Virus record (IMG/VR): IMGVR_UViG_3300035698_034402
Location: 1-64,000 of that record
Length of the DNA: 64,000 nt
Source: a virus
Reading direction: 5' to 3' (one strand)
Shown: one piece after another, positions 37,775 to 48,340 of the stretch
Position numbering within the stretch: the stretch's first letter is position 1
Layout of the letters: every line of letters begins with the position of its first letter
The notes under the pieces: generated by a model
Database searches by the model: none
The model's input: only the letters and a program-made list of their open reading frames with translations
What the model was told of the DNA's origin: nothing
Position numbers and translations under genes: made by a program

Positions 37775-38631
37775 TGCCCTACGAGCACGGTATAACCCGC
37801 AATCCCTTACCGGTAGTAACCCATAGCCGGGTCTTTGATCGTGTCGTGGTTACTCCGGAGATCCGCGGTGGCACCGTAGTTAGTTTCTGGCTGGATTTGG
37901 AGCGGTTCGACGCTGACGGCCCGTATACGTTTTACTTGGAGTGGGCGGAGCATCCCGACGGCGATTTCATTGGAGTTGCGGGTCCGACTACTGGTACGGT
38001 GCTTGTGGACGTTGATCAGCGGCGTTTCAGCAAGCTGCCTCATAGCGTCTACCGTATCCGTCTGGAGACGCCCGGCGGTCTCTATTACAGCGACGCCCAT
38101 TTGGGGACCGGAAATCTTAATCGTCACCAGTGGCATCTCGCCCGGGAGATCGTCCGCCGGGAATATCTGCGCCTGGAACGTTTCGTAGGGACTCAAGGAA
38201 AATACCTGGCGCGGAAGCAATGGGGAGCCTGGTGTACCGAATGCCTGGATCACAACACGGGCATGCCCACCAACGACCATTGTCCTGTTTGCTACGGAAC
38301 CGGCTTCGTTGGCGGGTACTACAGCGCTTCGGACCTCTGGCTAGGCGAGGACCGTGCAGCGGTGCGGGCGCAGCGAGGGGGCGCTGTCGGGGTGACGGCA
38401 GACCAGACTCAGCAGGCTCGGGCGGTAGCGTGCCCGTTCTTGACGGCCAAGGACGTATGGGTCAACTCCGGCACCGGAGAACGCTGGGTCATTCAGGGCA
38501 AGCAGGAATTGGCCGCGTTACAAGGTGTGCCTCTAGTGTATAACGTGGAACTACGGCTCGCCGAGCCTGGGAGCGTAGTTTACGAGGTGCCGCTGGCGGC
38601 TGCGGCAGAATCTAGTTCTGCAGGGTATTGA
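37774..38631 (+). CDS. putative head-closure/neck protein
   Basis: CxxC...CPVCYGTGF.GGY motif; synteny. Confidence 0.55.
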   Translation: MPYEHGITRNPLPVVTHSRVFDRVVVTPEIRGGTVVSFWLDLERFDADGPYTFYLEWAEHPDGDFIGVAGPTTGTVLVDVDQRRFSKLPHSVYRIRLETPGGLYYSDAHLGTGNLNRHQWHLAREIVRREYLRLERFVGTQGKYLARKQWGAWCTECLDHNTGMPTNDHCPVCYGTGFVGGYYSASDLWLGEDRAAVRAQRGGAVGVTADQTQQARAVACPFLTAKDVWVNSGTGERWVIQGKQELAALQGVPLVYNVELRLAEPGSVVYEVPLAAAAESSSAGY

Positions 38632-38632
38632 T

Positions 38633-38875
38633 ATGCCGAGTGCTTGGGGAGTACGGCGCAACGATGAACGTATCGGCCCGGTTCGTAAGCCTGAACCGGT
38701 AGCGCCGCTGAAGACTTCTGAACGTATTGCCGGGGAATTACGCAGTATGGAAAGTGCGATCGAGGAGGCACGGACCCGGGGGGCTCTCCGGGCAGCGGAG
38801 GACATGCTTCCGCAGATCTCCTTGACTCGTTATACGCCCCCGGAGGACGCGATCGAGCAGGCTTTGCGAGGCTGA
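38633..38875 (+). CDS. hypothetical protein
   Basis: 80-aa ORF filling the gap exactly. Confidence 0.6.
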   Translation: MPSAWGVRRNDERIGPVRKPEPVAPLKTSERIAGELRSMESAIEEARTRGALRAAEDMLPQISLTRYTPPEDAIEQALRG

Positions 38876-38876
38876 A

Positions 38877-39527
38877 ATGGCGACTGAACCTTACAACGTG
38901 GACAAGGAAATCAGCAGCCTGTGCTCTACGGGCCTGCGTCCCCATATTTTGACAGGGGTAGTTTTGCGCTTACTAACCAGGCACTTTGCTTCCGAACGCG
39001 GAATCCAGGAGCCTCAGCTCAAAAGCTATATTTGGGACCCCGATCCTCGGGCAAGTAAAATCTTAATTGCGCCAGTGTGGCAGTGGTTGACGCCTGGTCA
39101 GCAGAAGCGCCCGGCCGCGGTGATCAAACGTAACGCATTACGTCCGCGGCAATTGGCCCTTGGTGACGGGCAGACCTTGGTCAGCGACCTTAGCGAAGAA
39201 CGGATTCCGGCGGACGGAGCGGTTTCTTCGCAAATTGCGATGGCGGGCAGTCATACGATATTTGCCATCGGCGCGGCGGCGGCACAAGCTGAATTGCTGG
39301 GTACCGAGATCTCGACGAGATTATTGCAGTACCAACAGGCGATTCAGAGGGAGTTTGGATTCAATCGGTTTCGGGTCGCGGAGATCGGCGCTTTGGCCAA
39401 ACTGGAAGAGGCTGATGAAACTTTCGTCGTACCCGTAACGGTTGCTTACACGTATGTCGATGCCTGGCAGATCTGGGCAGCGGCGCCGTTCCTTAAGCGG
39501 CTCACCGTGGAAGCGAACGTGACATAG
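38877..39527 (+). CDS. putative tail terminator/completion protein
   Basis: Directly before the sheath gene; size and RPA.VI.R motif are compatible. Confidence 0.5.
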   Translation: MATEPYNVDKEISSLCSTGLRPHILTGVVLRLLTRHFASERGIQEPQLKSYIWDPDPRASKILIAPVWQWLTPGQQKRPAAVIKRNALRPRQLALGDGQTLVSDLSEERIPADGAVSSQIAMAGSHTIFAIGAAAAQAELLGTEISTRLLQYQQAIQREFGFNRFRVAEIGALAKLEEADETFVVPVTVAYTYVDAWQIWAAAPFLKRLTVEANVT

Positions 39528-39539
39528 AAGGATAAACTG

Positions 39540-42434
39540 ATGAGCTACGTTGTTCCCCAAGTCAAAGTGTTTCAGGAGTTCACGCAGACTCCCGCGGCCA
39601 TTACGAACCCGCTGTACGCGTTCATCGTCGGCCCGAATTTCTATCTATGCAAATATGCCGACGGTGAGGGGGAGCTGGGTCAATATGATCCGGATGCTGA
39701 TACCGCGTACAGCTGGCCGAATCGCCCCGCTGGAGCTGTTGTGGACCAGAGTTTCACCAAGGTGTACGTGAAGGACGCCTTGTTGCGCTTCTACAGCAAT
39801 ACCGCTGGAGACGTGTCCGACGAAATTCTGGCGGTGTATGGCTACAACAATCGCGTCCGGGCTACAGGTGTGAATTTTGCGGCTAACGGTACCACGTATC
39901 CGCGGGACACCGGATTGCCTGCTCGCGACGTCACCGTGGGCGACATCGCCCGGGTCTTCGCTAACGTGGGCGGTACTACTTACGAGCTGTGGTCTAAAAT
40001 TACCGCTCTTGTAGCGGATCAAGCTACCCCGGTAGTCGGCTCGGCAACCGCGGACTCCGACAATTCTCCCGATTACGCTGTTAACTGCTGTGGCGCGGCT
40101 AATGGGCTGGATAACGGGGCCGACGCTGCGGTATCAAACACCGGCACTGGCGGAGGGCTGCGCAGCATCGCTGTAATCGCTGATTCTGCCGGGTACGCTG
40201 GTGTCGTTGCGGGTTATCCGCGGGAGATTTACACCGTCGTGATCACCACGGCTTCCGTGGGCGGAGCTGGTGCTTTGGCTACGGTAACTAGCGGCAGCGG
40301 CACAGACGACGCCACGAGTGTGGCTATCGCGGCTACTGGCCAGGAAATCGGCTCCCGGGGGTTGACCTTCGATTGGGGCGGCTCCGGGGAATGGCGGGTC
40401 GGCGATACGTGGGTGATTTACGCGCGGCAGGACTTCCGGGCGCCGTCTCTGACCACCGGCGGAGGGTTCGACAGTGACGAGGACACCACCTACATTCTCG
40501 AAGTCACCGCGGGCGGTGCTGGCGGCAGCGCGCAGGTTTCGGTGTCCACGACCAATGGCCTGGACGTCAGCGGACCGCACACTGTGACCGAGGACGTACC
40601 GGTCACGATCGGCACTAAGGGGGTAACGGTCACTTTCGGTGACGGGGTGGGCGCGTGTTACGGCGACAGCTCGTCATCATCGGCGTCTCCCTGCCCGGCG
40701 CAATTCAACAAGGGCGACAAGTGGTATGTCGCGTGTACCGGTCGGGAGGGCGAGGGATACAAGACCCTGGTGTTAGCTGACGATTTGCCGTCGCAGCTAC
40801 GTGCGGCTTTCAACTCGCAAGGAGGCGCGGGCTCCAGTTCTTCGTTGGTTGAGGCTTCGGATCTCAATTTGCAGTTATTTGTCAGCCGGGATATCCAGCT
40901 GCCGCGAGAGAACTTCCCTGACGCGCCTAATGTCAACTGGACCCAGAACGCCACACAGATCATCCTGGAATCCGGCGCTAAGGTGTACCAGAGCGACTTC
41001 CTGGACGCCTTGGGCAACTCCGTGGCTTTGAATCTGGATGCGGATAGCGACGAACTCTACAGCATCTGTTATGTGGAGTACCGGGCGCTACTGCAGACCT
41101 ACGCTACAGATATTAATACCATCTCCAGCATTAGCGACGTGGTCACCACTTTGGGCGAAGTAAGCACGGATAATCCGCTGGCGCTGGCAGTCTGGTACGC
41201 TCTACGAAACTCCAACGGTACAGCGGTCAAGTACATGGCCGTGCCGACTAATGATCTCGCTGGTTACAGCTTGGCCCTGGATAAGGCCACCGGACGTCGG
41301 GACATCTACACCGTCGTACCGACGACGCGGAATGCTGTGATTCAGAATACTATTGCCGCCCACGTGGACGAGATGTCTGATGAAGAGAAGGGTCAATGGA
41401 GAATTGCCTTTTTCAACGGGGCTTCTTCGGCCATCGATCCTCTGGTTGCGGAGGACGAGTACTACCCGATCGGCGGTACTGACCAGTATGAAGCAGACGA
41501 CTTGCTGGCAACGATCGGCGATGATCCCGACGCTACAGGTACCCAGCACACCCGAGTGACTTGGGATCCGACGGCTTATCCGGCAGGTGGCGGATTCGTG
41601 GACAAGGGCGTCCGTGCGGGCGACTTGTTCCGAATTAATTACACCGGCGACGGATTTGGCGGCTCCAGCTACGATGACTACGTAATCGACTCCGTCTTGA
41701 GCAATCAGACCTTGAGGTTGGTCAGCGGACCCAGTTCTCCGATCACTGTGGCCAGAAAGTTCTCTGTGCAACGGAGCTTTACTCGGGCGGAGGAGGCCGC
41801 GGAATACGGCGAGAAGGCTGGATCGTTCTCCGCTCGCCGAGTTTACTACGTGTGGCCCGACGTGATCGAAGATGCTTCGGGAGTTCAGGTCGAAGGGGTC
41901 TATCTCTGTGCGGCGATCGCCGGGCTGATTTCCGGAGTTGTGCCGCAGCAGGGGCTAACCAACGTGGCCATCGAGGGGTTCAGCGACGTGACGCGGACCA
42001 CGGATTACATGGCCGAGTCGCAGCTGAACGCTATGGCCGGAGCGGGAGTGTGGGTCGTAGCCGAAGATCCGGATACCGGGCAGATCTACTCGCGGCACGA
42101 GGTAAGTACCTGTACTACCGACCTGAACTGTCGCGAGCTGATGGTAGTGAAGAACGTTGACGCTATCTCGTATACATTCTTGAATCAGCTGGCGCCGTAT
42201 ATCGGGCGGGCCAACGTGACTCCTCGCTTTCTGATCCAGCTGCGGCGGGCCGTTATGGGCACAGTGGATTACCTGAAGTCCAATGGCTCGACTCCGAGTC
42301 TCGGAGGGCAGTTGATCGAGGCCGAGTTGACCGAATTGCGGCAGCATGCGGTGAATCTGGATCACGTGATTGCGACTCTTAGTATCACGGTGCCCTACCC
42401 GCTCAACGTCGTGAGCCTGCATTTGGTCATCTGA
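39540..42434 (+). CDS. contractile tail sheath protein
   Basis: YVVP.V.V.QE N-terminus; C-terminal AAIAG, LNAMAGAGV, RELMVVKNVD, PYPLN; large inserted domains. Confidence 0.8.
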   Translation: MSYVVPQVKVFQEFTQTPAAITNPLYAFIVGPNFYLCKYADGEGELGQYDPDADTAYSWPNRPAGAVVDQSFTKVYVKDALLRFYSNTAGDVSDEILAVYGYNNRVRATGVNFAANGTTYPRDTGLPARDVTVGDIARVFANVGGTTYELWSKITALVADQATPVVGSATADSDNSPDYAVNCCGAANGLDNGADAAVSNTGTGGGLRSIAVIADSAGYAGVVAGYPREIYTVVITTASVGGAGALATVTSGSGTDDATSVAIAATGQEIGSRGLTFDWGGSGEWRVGDTWVIYARQDFRAPSLTTGGGFDSDEDTTYILEVTAGGAGGSAQVSVSTTNGLDVSGPHTVTEDVPVTIGTKGVTVTFGDGVGACYGDSSSSSASPCPAQFNKGDKWYVACTGREGEGYKTLVLADDLPSQLRAAFNSQGGAGSSSSLVEASDLNLQLFVSRDIQLPRENFPDAPNVNWTQNATQIILESGAKVYQSDFLDALGNSVALNLDADSDELYSICYVEYRALLQTYATDINTISSISDVVTTLGEVSTDNPLALAVWYALRNSNGTAVKYMAVPTNDLAGYSLALDKATGRRDIYTVVPTTRNAVIQNTIAAHVDEMSDEEKGQWRIAFFNGASSAIDPLVAEDEYYPIGGTDQYEADDLLATIGDDPDATGTQHTRVTWDPTAYPAGGGFVDKGVRAGDLFRINYTGDGFGGSSYDDYVIDSVLSNQTLRLVSGPSSPITVARKFSVQRSFTRAEEAAEYGEKAGSFSARRVYYVWPDVIEDASGVQVEGVYLCAAIAGLISGVVPQQGLTNVAIEGFSDVTRTTDYMAESQLNAMAGAGVWVVAEDPDTGQIYSRHEVSTCTTDLNCRELMVVKNVDAISYTFLNQLAPYIGRANVTPRFLIQLRRAVMGTVDYLKSNGSTPSLGGQLIEAELTELRQHAVNLDHVIATLSITVPYPLNVVSLHLVI

Positions 42435-42513
42435 TTAACAGAGTTAACGATGCCTGCGTTCGTGCGAAATTAAGAAGAGTAAGCTGGCCGCATAGGCCAG
42501 AAGGAGAGTTACA

Positions 42514-43020
42514 ATGGCAGATGGCACTTTGGATATTTTGGGCAGAACGCCCCAGGTAGCTAACCGGGCCTACAGTTCGGACTCTTTTCAGATCGCGATT
42601 GCCGGGCCAGATCATGATTTCCTTTTAGTTCAGCAGGTGTCGATGAACTATGCCCAAAATGTTACACGGCTATTTGATCTGGAGAACGCAGACTTCCAGG
42701 CTTACGTGGCTTCGCGTCCTCAGGGGCAAATGACCATGGCGAATGTGGTCACCAACCTGGAGTCGATGATCGAGTTTTTGCAGACCTACGGCGATGTCTG
42801 CACGGCGGACGTCAACAAGAACATCTTGATCGAGATCCAAGGTCGCACGGAAGACACTGGGCTTTGCCGGGTTCAAGGCGGCTCGATCTCGCTTAGCCAG
42901 CCTGTTCTGGTCTCAACTGCTCTGTCCATCGCCGTAGCTGATTACGTGGTCAATAACAATATGGCCTTCATTTTTGCCAGCGCGAAGTCAGCGGGATCTA
43001 CGTCTGGTCAGATCGCCTAG
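42514..43020 (+). CDS. tail tube protein
   Basis: 168-aa beta-rich ORF after the sheath gene. Confidence 0.65.
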   Translation: MADGTLDILGRTPQVANRAYSSDSFQIAIAGPDHDFLLVQQVSMNYAQNVTRLFDLENADFQAYVASRPQGQMTMANVVTNLESMIEFLQTYGDVCTADVNKNILIEIQGRTEDTGLCRVQGGSISLSQPVLVSTALSIAVADYVVNNNMAFIFASAKSAGSTSGQIA

Positions 43021-43089
43021 TAGGGCAGTAACATGAGTTTCGCGCCAGGGCAATCTGCGTAATACATCCGACGGGCTCTTTGCCGCAGC

Positions 43090-43130
43090 TAGCGGTTGCC
43101 GCATAATACATGCCGCAACCGCTATCTTTT
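43090..43130 (+). terminator. intrinsic terminator after tube gene
   Basis: TAGCGGTTGCcGCAT-aatac-ATGCcGCAACCGCTA followed by TCTTTT. Confidence 0.75.
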
Positions 43131-43141
43131 AGGAGCTTACT

Positions 43142-45979
43142 ATGAGCGGTCTTTCCGGAATGGGACTTGGGGTCGCAGCACTTCGTCAGGATCGCGCAGC
43201 ACATCCTATCCTTTCGATGCCGCCCGGCACTTTGTTCGTTTCCGAAGTGGTCGATTGCATTGCTCATTACGGCACGGTCAAGGTAAATCCGGCGGTCGGT
43301 GGCGTCACCACCGGGGTGCCCTTGTGGGGGTCCAGTGGCATCTGGGGTCCGCGACGGATCGGCGCCGCTTACCCGCCGCATACTAAAGTGCTCTGTTTGC
43401 GCCCCCCAGGCGAAGACTTCTGTTATGTGCTGGGGGCGATTCCTCACTGGATCATTTCTCCCCAGTTCAATATGGTTCCCGATTGGCTAGTGATGGGCTC
43501 GATGTCCGGATTGGGGTTCGATCGGGTCCATTCCGGGCTTACTGAGCGTCCCAAAGGAGTCTCCCCGGACATCAATTTCGGCGCCGGGCGCCCAGCTGAC
43601 GAATTGCCCGGAGATGACGGGTTCATTAATGAGTTAGGGGTGAGCTACGGGATGGGGCGTTTGATGGCCTGGTTACGCGCCAGCCATTTTTGTGGCGTCG
43701 AAGCCCACTGGGTAGACGATCTGCTGCGGCTCAAGGGAGTGAATCTGGAGATAATGACCTCGTCCAGTGAGCTGCGCGCTTTCAACGACGAGGGAGAATT
43801 TACCGAGCTGTTGCGCTGGGGTCCGTATCCTTGGGAAACAACGGGGATTTACCTTCCGAACACGGATTTCACGAAACACGGGCACGGGCGGTGGGAGACC
43901 GCAGCGGACGGGATCAACCGAGCCGGTCGTGAGCCTCAAGAGGACGACCAGGCGGGTATCTGGAGAGTACAACGTTTCCGCGGGTACCTGGGGGATTTGG
44001 AACGTACCGTTGTGGCCTTGCCAAAGGCCAGCACCTTCGCCGAAGGCGTGGAGCAAATGTCCCGGGACACCGTGTTGCCGGGACTATTGGACGCAGGCTT
44101 CGGAATCGACGGCGCTTACCATATCCGTTCAGCTAAGAGAGTGCTCTTCGAGAAAACTATAGTGCTACCTGTCCCCAAGGAGAAGATTGCTCCTGACGAC
44201 CCGACAGGAGACAGCGCCGACGACTACAAAGCTGCGGGCATCTTTGGCACCGGCGAGGACCACACCAAGCAAGAGCCTGAACTACTCGACGATCAAGCCG
44301 GGCTGCGCTCTTTCTTGTTCTACGAGCGTCACGCTTTGCTTTACGGCTACAACGCCAATCTTCCTTTCATCCGGCACACCAAAGACTGGTTTCTACCTGA
44401 AGAACTGGATGTGTTGAATGAGCTGGGGGTCCGTTCCGGGCTCTACTACTCGGACGAACCAGTCGATGACATAGCGTTCTGGATGCCGCTGCCTGCCAGC
44501 GTGGACCTGGACGTGGACCATCGAGGGAAGGCTAAATACTTTGTCGGACGAGCTTTGCAGTTGTTCGACGAGGACGGCAGCATCATTTTGGAGGACGCTT
44601 ACGGCAGCCAGATTCGTATGGAGGGCGGTAACATTATCCTGGCCGCGCGGAACGACGTGCTTTTGCAGCCGGGTCGGAATGCCGTACTGATGCCTCCGAA
44701 CGACCTGATTCTACGTTGCGGTCACTCTGCGGATCTAACAGCCAGCCACGGGGACGTGCGGATCAAAGCCCAGGGCAATTTGATGATGGCCGCAGTGGAC
44801 AAGGGAGTGCTCATCGAAGCCCGAGACAGCGGCGGCACTCCGGATTGGGAACAGCTGGGCGAGGGCGTCGAGAGTCGGGGGGTATTGGTCAAGGCGCTCA
44901 ATTCCAGCGTGATTACCATGAGCAAGGACGCCTACTTCCGTGCCGGGGCTTTGGAAAGTGACCGGACGTCGGGGCAGTTGCATCTGGACGCGGGAGAAGG
45001 CGCTGGGCCGCTGTATCTGCACGGCGGGACAATTGCCGGGCGGGCGCTAACTCGGGTCGAGTTCGTTACCGGCACTACGGGGGAGTCAGAGAACGCGGTG
45101 TCCATGGACCTGACTACCTCCGAGTTTCTCCTGGGCGGCAAGGCCTTGCTCAACGCCACGATCGGGGCGGCCAACGTTAATCTGACCCACGAGGAGTATG
45201 ACACCAGTCTCAAGGTTATCGGCAGCATTTTCGCCTCTAAGGATGCGTGGCTTGGCGGCGGGTTGGTAGTCGGCGGGATCATTCGTGGCAATGGGCAGTT
45301 GTTGCTGCATGGTAGTATTACCGCTGACGGAAACGGCCTGTTTACGGGATCGCTCGTTGCCCATGGTATTGCAGCTGATACCGGGGCTCCGTTCTTGGCG
45401 TCGACCGGCGATTCGTTTAACGCTTCAGAGCAGGTCCCGCCGGACCATCCAACGATGGGCCAGGATATTACGGATTCCGAGGCTGAGCGCTCGCGTAACG
45501 CGTTACAGCAAGCGAGAGTTAGCGACAACCAGGCAATAACTCAGCTCAAAGAGGATCTTTACGGGGACGACAGTCGGTTCGCCAGCGAGATGTTAGTAGA
45601 TCAGGCGGTATTCTCTTTCCGTACTCCGGACGATTACGGCACAGCGCAGGATTTCGTCTGGTTCGAGTCGCGTTGGCAGGAGCTAAACCGCAAGATTTTC
45701 GGGAAAACTGCGGTCTGGGACGAGATCGCTTTACGTACGCCGGGGACTGGGCGGCAGACCATGCCCTATCCTGGTTACGAGGTTTGGGGAGAGGAAACTG
45801 CCTTTCGTATACTGGAAAGCAAGTTGTTCGACTTCTCGACGGGTACGGCCAAACGACGCACTGGTGGAGAAGATGCGGGGGCGGAAACTAGTCAGCCGGG
45901 GATCGAGGACGACCTGGCGCTAGGCGAAGTGCAGAGGCGGACTCTTGCTGATGCTTACATTGTGACCTTACAGAACTGA
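43142..45979 (+). CDS. putative baseplate central spike (gp5/VgrG-like)
   Basis: OB-like N-terminus; beta-helix-like repeats (DGSIILED..GSQIRMEGGNI; V.G.I.G.G). Confidence 0.55.
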   Translation: MSGLSGMGLGVAALRQDRAAHPILSMPPGTLFVSEVVDCIAHYGTVKVNPAVGGVTTGVPLWGSSGIWGPRRIGAAYPPHTKVLCLRPPGEDFCYVLGAIPHWIISPQFNMVPDWLVMGSMSGLGFDRVHSGLTERPKGVSPDINFGAGRPADELPGDDGFINELGVSYGMGRLMAWLRASHFCGVEAHWVDDLLRLKGVNLEIMTSSSELRAFNDEGEFTELLRWGPYPWETTGIYLPNTDFTKHGHGRWETAADGINRAGREPQEDDQAGIWRVQRFRGYLGDLERTVVALPKASTFAEGVEQMSRDTVLPGLLDAGFGIDGAYHIRSAKRVLFEKTIVLPVPKEKIAPDDPTGDSADDYKAAGIFGTGEDHTKQEPELLDDQAGLRSFLFYERHALLYGYNANLPFIRHTKDWFLPEELDVLNELGVRSGLYYSDEPVDDIAFWMPLPASVDLDVDHRGKAKYFVGRALQLFDEDGSIILEDAYGSQIRMEGGNIILAARNDVLLQPGRNAVLMPPNDLILRCGHSADLTASHGDVRIKAQGNLMMAAVDKGVLIEARDSGGTPDWEQLGEGVESRGVLVKALNSSVITMSKDAYFRAGALESDRTSGQLHLDAGEGAGPLYLHGGTIAGRALTRVEFVTGTTGESENAVSMDLTTSEFLLGGKALLNATIGAANVNLTHEEYDTSLKVIGSIFASKDAWLGGGLVVGGIIRGNGQLLLHGSITADGNGLFTGSLVAHGIAADTGAPFLASTGDSFNASEQVPPDHPTMGQDITDSEAERSRNALQQARVSDNQAITQLKEDLYGDDSRFASEMLVDQAVFSFRTPDDYGTAQDFVWFESRWQELNRKIFGKTAVWDEIALRTPGTGRQTMPYPGYEVWGEETAFRILESKLFDFSTGTAKRRTGGEDAGAETSQPGIEDDLALGEVQRRTLADAYIVTLQN

Positions 45980-45996
45980 AATCCTGGAGAACGCCA

Positions 45997-46227
45997 ATCG
46001 ACTGCCGCCAATTTTTTGACGGTATGAAAGAAGGAGGAAGCCAACCTCCGACTTTCATCGTAAGAGTCGATTAGACAGGAGATCTTCGAGGTCTCAACTA
46101 GCCACCTGGACGTGGCAGTCCGAAGTATGATGCTGGATGCCTCCCTAGTCTGCATCCTCTACGGTGGTGAGTGTCGAAGGGATTAGTTGCCGTCTCCGAA
46201 AGGAGACGAGAGGAGAGGTAACTCTCA
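45997..46227 (+). ncRNA. putative omegaRNA scaffold of IsrB
   Basis: AATCGACT...AGTCGATT closing stem with nested hairpins; GGATGCCTCCCTAGTC...CTCT...CGAAGGG block resembling IscB/IsrB leaders; GAAA tetraloop stem. Confidence 0.65.
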
Positions 46228-47274
46228 ATGTTTGTACCTGTAATTAGCAGTACAGAAAATCCTTTAATGCCTTGTCATCCGGCAAGGGCCAGGGAACTTC
46301 TGGCGAAGGGTAAAGCTGTACGGAAGTTTGACCGAGGATTGTTTTATCTCCGATTGGCCGATCGTGAAGATGGAAAGGTTCAACCGGTGACTGTAGGTAT
46401 CGATCCTGGCTCCAAGAAGGAAGCTTTTAGTGTCAAGTCCGAAGCTCATACCTATTTGAACATCCAAACGGATGCTGTGACTTGGGTTTCCAGACATATT
46501 AAATCCCGGAGAGAAGCCCGTAGAGCCCGGCGTTCTCGGAAGACTCCTTATCGGAAATGTCGCCGAAATCGAAGTGTCAAAAATCGGCTTCCTCCTTCAA
46601 CCCGAGCCCGTTGGGGCTGGAAACTGAGGATCTGCAATTGGTTGGCTCGAAGGTACCCGATTACAACTTTTGTAGTCGAGGACATTAAGGCTGTCTCTCG
46701 AAAAGGACAGCGCCGCTGGAATCGATCCTTCAGTCCTCTACAGATCGGCAAGAACTGGTTCTATAAAGAGCTGGAAAAGTTAGCTAAAGTCAAAACTTAC
46801 TTCGGTTATGAAACCAAGGAGTTTCGGGATTCTCTAGGTCTCAAGAAGATCAGTAAGAAGCTGTCGGATCGATTCGAGGCCCACTGTGTTGACAGCTGGG
46901 TTCTGGCAAACTCCGAAACAGGAGGACATCTTCGGCCAGATGATACCGAGATAATGTATGTCGTTCCTCTGCAATTTCATCGCCGACAACTTCATCGTTT
47001 CTTGTCAAAAAATGGAGAGCGTAAACGTTACGGGGGGACAATTAGCCTGGGATTTAAGAGGGGGACTTGGGTAAAACATCCAAAGCACGGGGTGGGATAT
47101 ATCGGCGGCTGCAAAAATGAGAGGCTTAGTTTACATGGACTTTGGGGCGGAGAGAGACTTTGTCAGAATGCAAGACCCGAGGACTGTGTTATGCTGACTC
47201 GGTGTTCTTGGCGGGTGCGCAAGGGCGAGGTATCCCGAGAGAGCTTGAGTGGGAAATCGCAGAGAGCAGCGTGA
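46228..47274 (+). CDS. isrB: IsrB OMEGA RNA-guided nickase (IS200/IS605 family)
   Basis: PLMP domain; RuvC-I GIDPG; Arg-rich bridge helix; RuvC-II VVED; RuvC-III HCVD; no HNH; 348 aa; lower GC than flanks. Confidence 0.8.
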   Translation: MFVPVISSTENPLMPCHPARARELLAKGKAVRKFDRGLFYLRLADREDGKVQPVTVGIDPGSKKEAFSVKSEAHTYLNIQTDAVTWVSRHIKSRREARRARRSRKTPYRKCRRNRSVKNRLPPSTRARWGWKLRICNWLARRYPITTFVVEDIKAVSRKGQRRWNRSFSPLQIGKNWFYKELEKLAKVKTYFGYETKEFRDSLGLKKISKKLSDRFEAHCVDSWVLANSETGGHLRPDDTEIMYVVPLQFHRRQLHRFLSKNGERKRYGGTISLGFKRGTWVKHPKHGVGYIGGCKNERLSLHGLWGGERLCQNARPEDCVMLTRCSWRVRKGEVSRESLSGKSQRAA

Positions 47275-47299
47275 TTTTGGTACTTTAAGAGGCAGAATA

Positions 47300-48340
47300 A
47301 TGAAGAAACAAGGCCATCTGAGTAAATTTCCTGAGGAGCAGCTGGTCGAAGCCAAGAGTTTGTCTGGCAGATTTGATCGTGCGGACCAGTCTCTCTCCCC
47401 TCTGGAACGTGCGGTAGCGGAGCACCAAGGCCTGTTGAACGAAGAGGGGCAGATTAAACCGGAGCACCTGCGGTCACAGGTGACGGCCCCAGAGTTAAAT
47501 TTGCCGCCGGGGGTCACTGCTCCCGTGCCGCTGGAAGATCTAAAGCCGGAGATTGCCGCGCAGGTGGAAGAGCAGGTGCAGGAGATTCGAGGCGAAGCGG
47601 CGCCGTCAGCGGACGTCGACGCCGACAAGCAGGTCAGTGCGCCGCTGCCCCCACCGGACTTCAGCGACGGCGAGCCGGAGGACCCGGGGCTTCCACCGGG
47701 GGATCCCGGAGAGATTAAAGGCGCCGGAAGCAAGGTAAGCATTGATGTAGGCGCCGTGGTGGCCAACGCTCTGGAGCCGGTGCGATGCAGCCATTGCGGC
47801 TGGGACATCCGCGGAGCCTTTCAGAGCCCCCCGTTTACCGAAGACGACAAACTGGCTTTTGTTCGCCATATCATGAGCAAGACTGGTCGTTTCTACAAGA
47901 CTTTCGAGGTATTTGACGGCCAGTTGAAAGTAACTTTGAGATCCCGTTCTCAGCGCGAATCGGAGATGATCCTGGATCGGGCGCGTAAGGATCTGCACGA
48001 GGAAGCTGTAACCAGCATGGGAGATATGGCCGCTCAGATGCAGCGTTATCACATGTCGGCGGCGGTGCACAAGTTGGCCCCCGCTGTGGACGCAGGAGAG
48101 ATAGAGAAATTCCCGTTCCTGCAGGATGTAAATCCTCCGGAGGCCTATGACAGCGATCCCCAGCCGGAGTTTGATGCAGTGAAAGCAGTTGATAATGAAG
48201 TGTTCAGCAGCGGGCGGCCGACTGCTTTGTATACGGTAGTTTTCGCGCTGTGGTTGGAGTTCGAGAAGCTCTATGGTTGGTTCTCATCCAAGGCCCATGA
48301 ACCGGATTTTTGGAAAGCAGCCGCTGGGGATCACTCTTAG
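47300..48340 (+). CDS. putative tail assembly chaperone
   Basis: Upstream of the tape measure gene; CSHC; ends PDFWK with a -1-frame overlap into the next ORF. Confidence 0.5.
   Translation: MKKQGHLSKFPEEQLVEAKSLSGRFDRADQSLSPLERAVAEHQGLLNEEGQIKPEHLRSQVTAPELNLPPGVTAPVPLEDLKPEIAAQVEEQVQEIRGEAAPSADVDADKQVSAPLPPPDFSDGEPEDPGLPPGDPGEIKGAGSKVSIDVGAVVANALEPVRCSHCGWDIRGAFQSPPFTEDDKLAFVRHIMSKTGRFYKTFEVFDGQLKVTLRSRSQRESEMILDRARKDLHEEAVTSMGDMAAQMQRYHMSAAVHKLAPAVDAGEIEKFPFLQDVNPPEAYDSDPQPEFDAVKAVDNEVFSSGRPTALYTVVFALWLEFEKLYGWFSSKAHEPDFWKAAAGDHS

Noticed and set aside
46228-47274. Calling the nuclease IscB, Cas9 or TnpB
   Set aside because: PLMP is present but there is no HNH or Zn finger, and the size fits IsrB
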